DNA from: Oscillospiraceae bacterium
GTDB taxonomy: Bacteria > Bacillota > Clostridia > Oscillospirales > Ruminococcaceae
Reading direction: 5' to 3'
Length of the DNA stretch: 45,655 nt
Assembly: GCA_022508945.1 (NCBI GenBank)
Contig: JAFLUE010000001.1
Coordinates: forward strand, 2,861-48,515
The position numbers and the translations under genes were made by a program. The notes under the pieces are model-generated. The model ran no database searches. It was not told the origin of the DNA and worked only from the letters and a program-made list of their open reading frames with translations. Positions 42,803 through 45,655 of the stretch are shown here, one piece after another (the first letter of the stretch is position 1; the number at the start of each line of letters is the position of its first letter).

Positions 42803-45052
42803 ATGGAAACATATAAGAATTTTATCTGCCTTTCGGGAAATGTTGAGGGCATTGTTTTTTATAATGAGGACAACGGGTATATCGTACTCGATCTGGACGT
42901 TGACGGGGAGCTTGTCGAAGCGGTCGGGATAATGGGCGATGTACGCGAGGGAGAATGTCTTACGGTATACGGCGAATATGTAAACAACTCAAAATACGGA
43001 AGGCAGTTTTCCGTAGATATTTTTGAACGGCGGCTTCCGACCGATCTCAGAATGCTTCAGAAATATCTGGCGTCGGGGATACTTAGCGGAGTTGGCTCGG
43101 TTTTGGCGAAGAAGATCGTAGACGCGTTCGGCGAAAAAACGGCGGATATTCTCGAAAACGATCCTGTTCAGCTTTCCGCGTTAAAGGGCGTTACGGCAGA
43201 AAGGGCTTTTCTAATCGGAAAAGAATATCAGAGCATCTCGGGGATAAGAAAGGCGCTTACATATTTTTCAAAATACTCCGTTTCATACGGCTTTATATCG
43301 GCGGCATGGAAAAAGTACGGAAGCGACCTTATACGCGCGGTCGAGGGAAATCCATACTGCTTATGCGGGTGGGGGATAGACCTTCCGTTTGCGGAAGCGG
43401 ACAGGATCGCCGAGGATCTGAACTTCCCCAAAAACAGCGAGGAGCGCGTATCCGCCGGTATACTCCACGAGCTGAGAAAAGCGGTCAATGACGGTCATAC
43501 CTGTATAAAGGAAGCGCTTTTGCGTGACAGGCTGACGACATGGCTTATGGTAAGCGAAGATCTGTATGTCTCGGCGCTGGAGTTCCTCGAAGCGAGCGGG
43601 GAGATCACGTGCTATGAAAGCGGCAGCGAACCGCCGGCGAAATATGTCTTTCTTTCGGAATATTTCCGCGCGGAGAGCTTTATAGCCAAGAAGCTCTGCG
43701 AGATGATAAAGCGCTCAAAAAACGAGAACACCGATTTTTCGGAAGAAATAAACGGGATCTCGTGGGAATGCGGAATTGAATATGACGAGGTTCAGACCGC
43801 GGCAATAAACGGCTGTATGAACAACCACGTTTTTATAATAACAGGCGGTCCCGGAACGGGAAAAACAACAACTCTCAACGCGGTCATTGAGCTTTGCAAA
43901 AAGCGAAGACTCAGTATAAAGCTCTGCGCGCCTACGGGCAGAGCCGCAAAGAGGATCGCCGACCTTACGGAGTCCCCCGCGCAGACTATACACAGACTTC
44001 TCGAGGCTGATTTTTCAACGGGGGAGAACGTTTTCCGCAGAAACGAGGAAAATCCGCTTTCGTGCGATGTGCTTATTGTGGATGAAATGTCTATGGTGGA
44101 CGCTGTGCTTTTCGCCTCGCTTTTAAGGGCGGTAAAAAGCTCGACAAGGCTCATTCTTGTCGGAGACAGCGACCAGCTCCCGTCGGTAAGCGCGGGAAAT
44201 ATCCTGAGGGATTTGGTGAGCTTGGGGAGGGTCCCGAAAACAGGGCTCACCAAAATTTTCCGTCAGGCAGCCCAAAGCCTTATTGTCACAAATGCCCATG
44301 CCATCATAAGGGGCGAGATGCCGGAGCTTAACGACCGAAAAAACGATTTCTTTTTCATGAGGTCCGAAAGCGAGGAGAATACAATGAGGCTTGTGTGCGA
44401 TCTCTGCGCGGCGCGTCTTCCGAAAAGCTACGGCTATGACCCGATAGGGGAGATACAAGTCCTTTGCCTTTCGAGAATGGGCGCTGTGGGGACGATGAAG
44501 CTGAATTCCGAGCTTCAGAGGGCGCTTAATCCCGCGGCAAGCGACAAGCGCGAGGTAAAGTTTATAAACACGCTGTTTCGCGAGGGCGACAAAATAATGC
44601 AGAACAAAAATGACTATGACGTTGAGTGGAGGAGGGGAAACGAAAAATCCCACGGCGTCTATAACGGCGATATCGGAACGATAATCGAAGCGGACAGGCT
44701 CAATATGCGGCTTCTTATAGACTTTGACGGCAGAAGGGCGGTTTATGAGGGCGATATGCTCAAAAACATAGAACACGCCTTCGCGATGACTGTACACAAA
44801 AGCCAGGGAAGCGAATATCCCGCGGTCATAATCCCTCTTCCGAACGGAATGGAAAAGCTTTCCTACAGAAACATTCTTTATACCGCCGTGACACGCGCAA
44901 AATCGACGCTCATTGTCATAGGAACGGAAAATAAGATAAGCGCTATGCTTTTAAACGACCGGCGCAATGAAAGAGTGTCATGCTTAAAGGCACTGATCGA
45001 AGACAATATGGGGGATATTTCCAAAGACAGCACAGAGGACAGCTTTGGATAG
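42803..45052 (+). CDS. recD2: ATP-dependent RecD-like DNA helicase
   Basis: N-terminal OB/HhH region, 'ITGGPGTGKTT', 'APTGRAAKR', 'VDEMSMVD', 'GDSDQLPSV', 'TVHKSQGSEY', 'YTAVTRA'. Confidence 0.95.
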   Translation: METYKNFICLSGNVEGIVFYNEDNGYIVLDLDVDGELVEAVGIMGDVREGECLTVYGEYVNNSKYGRQFSVDIFERRLPTDLRMLQKYLASGILSGVGSVLAKKIVDAFGEKTADILENDPVQLSALKGVTAERAFLIGKEYQSISGIRKALTYFSKYSVSYGFISAAWKKYGSDLIRAVEGNPYCLCGWGIDLPFAEADRIAEDLNFPKNSEERVSAGILHELRKAVNDGHTCIKEALLRDRLTTWLMVSEDLYVSALEFLEASGEITCYESGSEPPAKYVFLSEYFRAESFIAKKLCEMIKRSKNENTDFSEEINGISWECGIEYDEVQTAAINGCMNNHVFIITGGPGTGKTTTLNAVIELCKKRRLSIKLCAPTGRAAKRIADLTESPAQTIHRLLEADFSTGENVFRRNEENPLSCDVLIVDEMSMVDAVLFASLLRAVKSSTRLILVGDSDQLPSVSAGNILRDLVSLGRVPKTGLTKIFRQAAQSLIVTNAHAIIRGEMPELNDRKNDFFFMRSESEENTMRLVCDLCAARLPKSYGYDPIGEIQVLCLSRMGAVGTMKLNSELQRALNPAASDKREVKFINTLFREGDKIMQNKNDYDVEWRRGNEKSHGVYNGDIGTIIEADRLNMRLLIDFDGRRAVYEGDMLKNIEHAFAMTVHKSQGSEYPAVIIPLPNGMEKLSYRNILYTAVTRAKSTLIVIGTENKISAMLLNDRRNERVSCLKALIEDNMGDISKDSTEDSFG

Positions 45053-45655
45053 ATCGGAAATATACAGGAAATATCGGAAGATCATTTCGCTCGTTTTCCC
45101 GAATATCTGTCCGTTTTGCGAAAGAATAATAGGCGCGGACGAATATTGGTGTGAAAGCTGTTGTAAATTTCTTCCGTATGTGAAAAAGCCGCTTGTGCCG
45201 CCGGAAAATATCACGCGGTTTTACGCCTGCTGCTATTACATACAAAGAGCGCGTATGGCGGTCTATACGATGAAATTCGGCGGAAAGGCGTATGCGGTCG
45301 ACGCGTTCGCACAGATGATGCAAAGACTGATATCGGACGAGCTTAAAAATACGGATATGCTTGTGCCTGTGCCGAGCAGTTTTCAGAGCTTTATAGGGCT
45401 TGGATTTTCTCCGGCGGAGATGATAGCGAAAAGGATATCGTGGAACAAAAACATCCCCTCGGTCAAGGCTATTAAAGCACGCAGAGGAAAGATCGCACAG
45501 AAGGGGCTGAGCATGAAAAGGCGCGCCGAAAACGCCAAAAACAGCTTTTATCTTGACAAAAGCGCAGATCTTCGCGGGAAAAAGGTTGTTCTTATAGACG
45601 ATGTATGTACTACGGGAAGCACGCTGTCCGCCTGTTCGGAGCTTCTGCTTGGCGC
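45045..45655 (+). CDS. comF: ComF-family amidophosphoribosyltransferase-like protein (partial, runs off right edge)
   Basis: TTG start; 'FPNICPFC...CESC' zinc ribbon and in-frame 'VLIDDVCTTGSTL' PRPP-binding motif; recD2-comF synteny. Confidence 0.88.
   Translation, partial: MDRSEIYRKYRKIISLVFPNICPFCERIIGADEYWCESCCKFLPYVKKPLVPPENITRFYACCYYIQRARMAVYTMKFGGKAYAVDAFAQMMQRLISDELKNTDMLVPVPSSFQSFIGLGFSPAEMIAKRISWNKNIPSVKAIKARRGKIAQKGLSMKRRAENAKNSFYLDKSADLRGKKVVLIDDVCTTGSTLSACSELLLG

Overview
Most of the window (about 1-40840) is a temperate siphovirus-type prophage in a Firmicutes (Clostridia-like) chromosome. Its right end abuts the 3' end of an intact tmRNA gene (ssrA, minus strand, 40843-41192); the integrase and left att site must lie outside the window. 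Left to right the modules are: immunity (membrane protein, lipoprotein, ImmA-like protease, CI/Cro switch, antirepressor); APSE-type replication (DUF2800 nuclease, SSB, PolA, VapE primase-helicase, iteron origin, VRR-NUC, SNF2); packaging, with an Arc/Ant/serine-recombinase insert between terS and terL; head; tail; lysis; and a low-GC AAA ATPase + RloB (AbiL-like) defence moron. Host genes prmA, recD2 and a partial comF follow. The most striking unexplained element lies between terL and portal: a promoter-driven DUF4417 gene and a small His-rich putative RNase toxin with no protein immunity gene, followed instead by two separately promoted and terminated tRNA-shaped RNAs. These have covarying stems, a tetraloop in place of the anticodon loop and no CCA. 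The second RNA is preceded by a decayed copy of a homologous toxin 3' end, which suggests a toxin / tRNA-mimic RNA antitoxin system with an orphan immunity RNA. A repeated antiterminator/terminator RNA switch in the late operon, next to an unannotated 50-aa ORF, is a second candidate system. All family assignments come from motif recognition by eye, not database searches.
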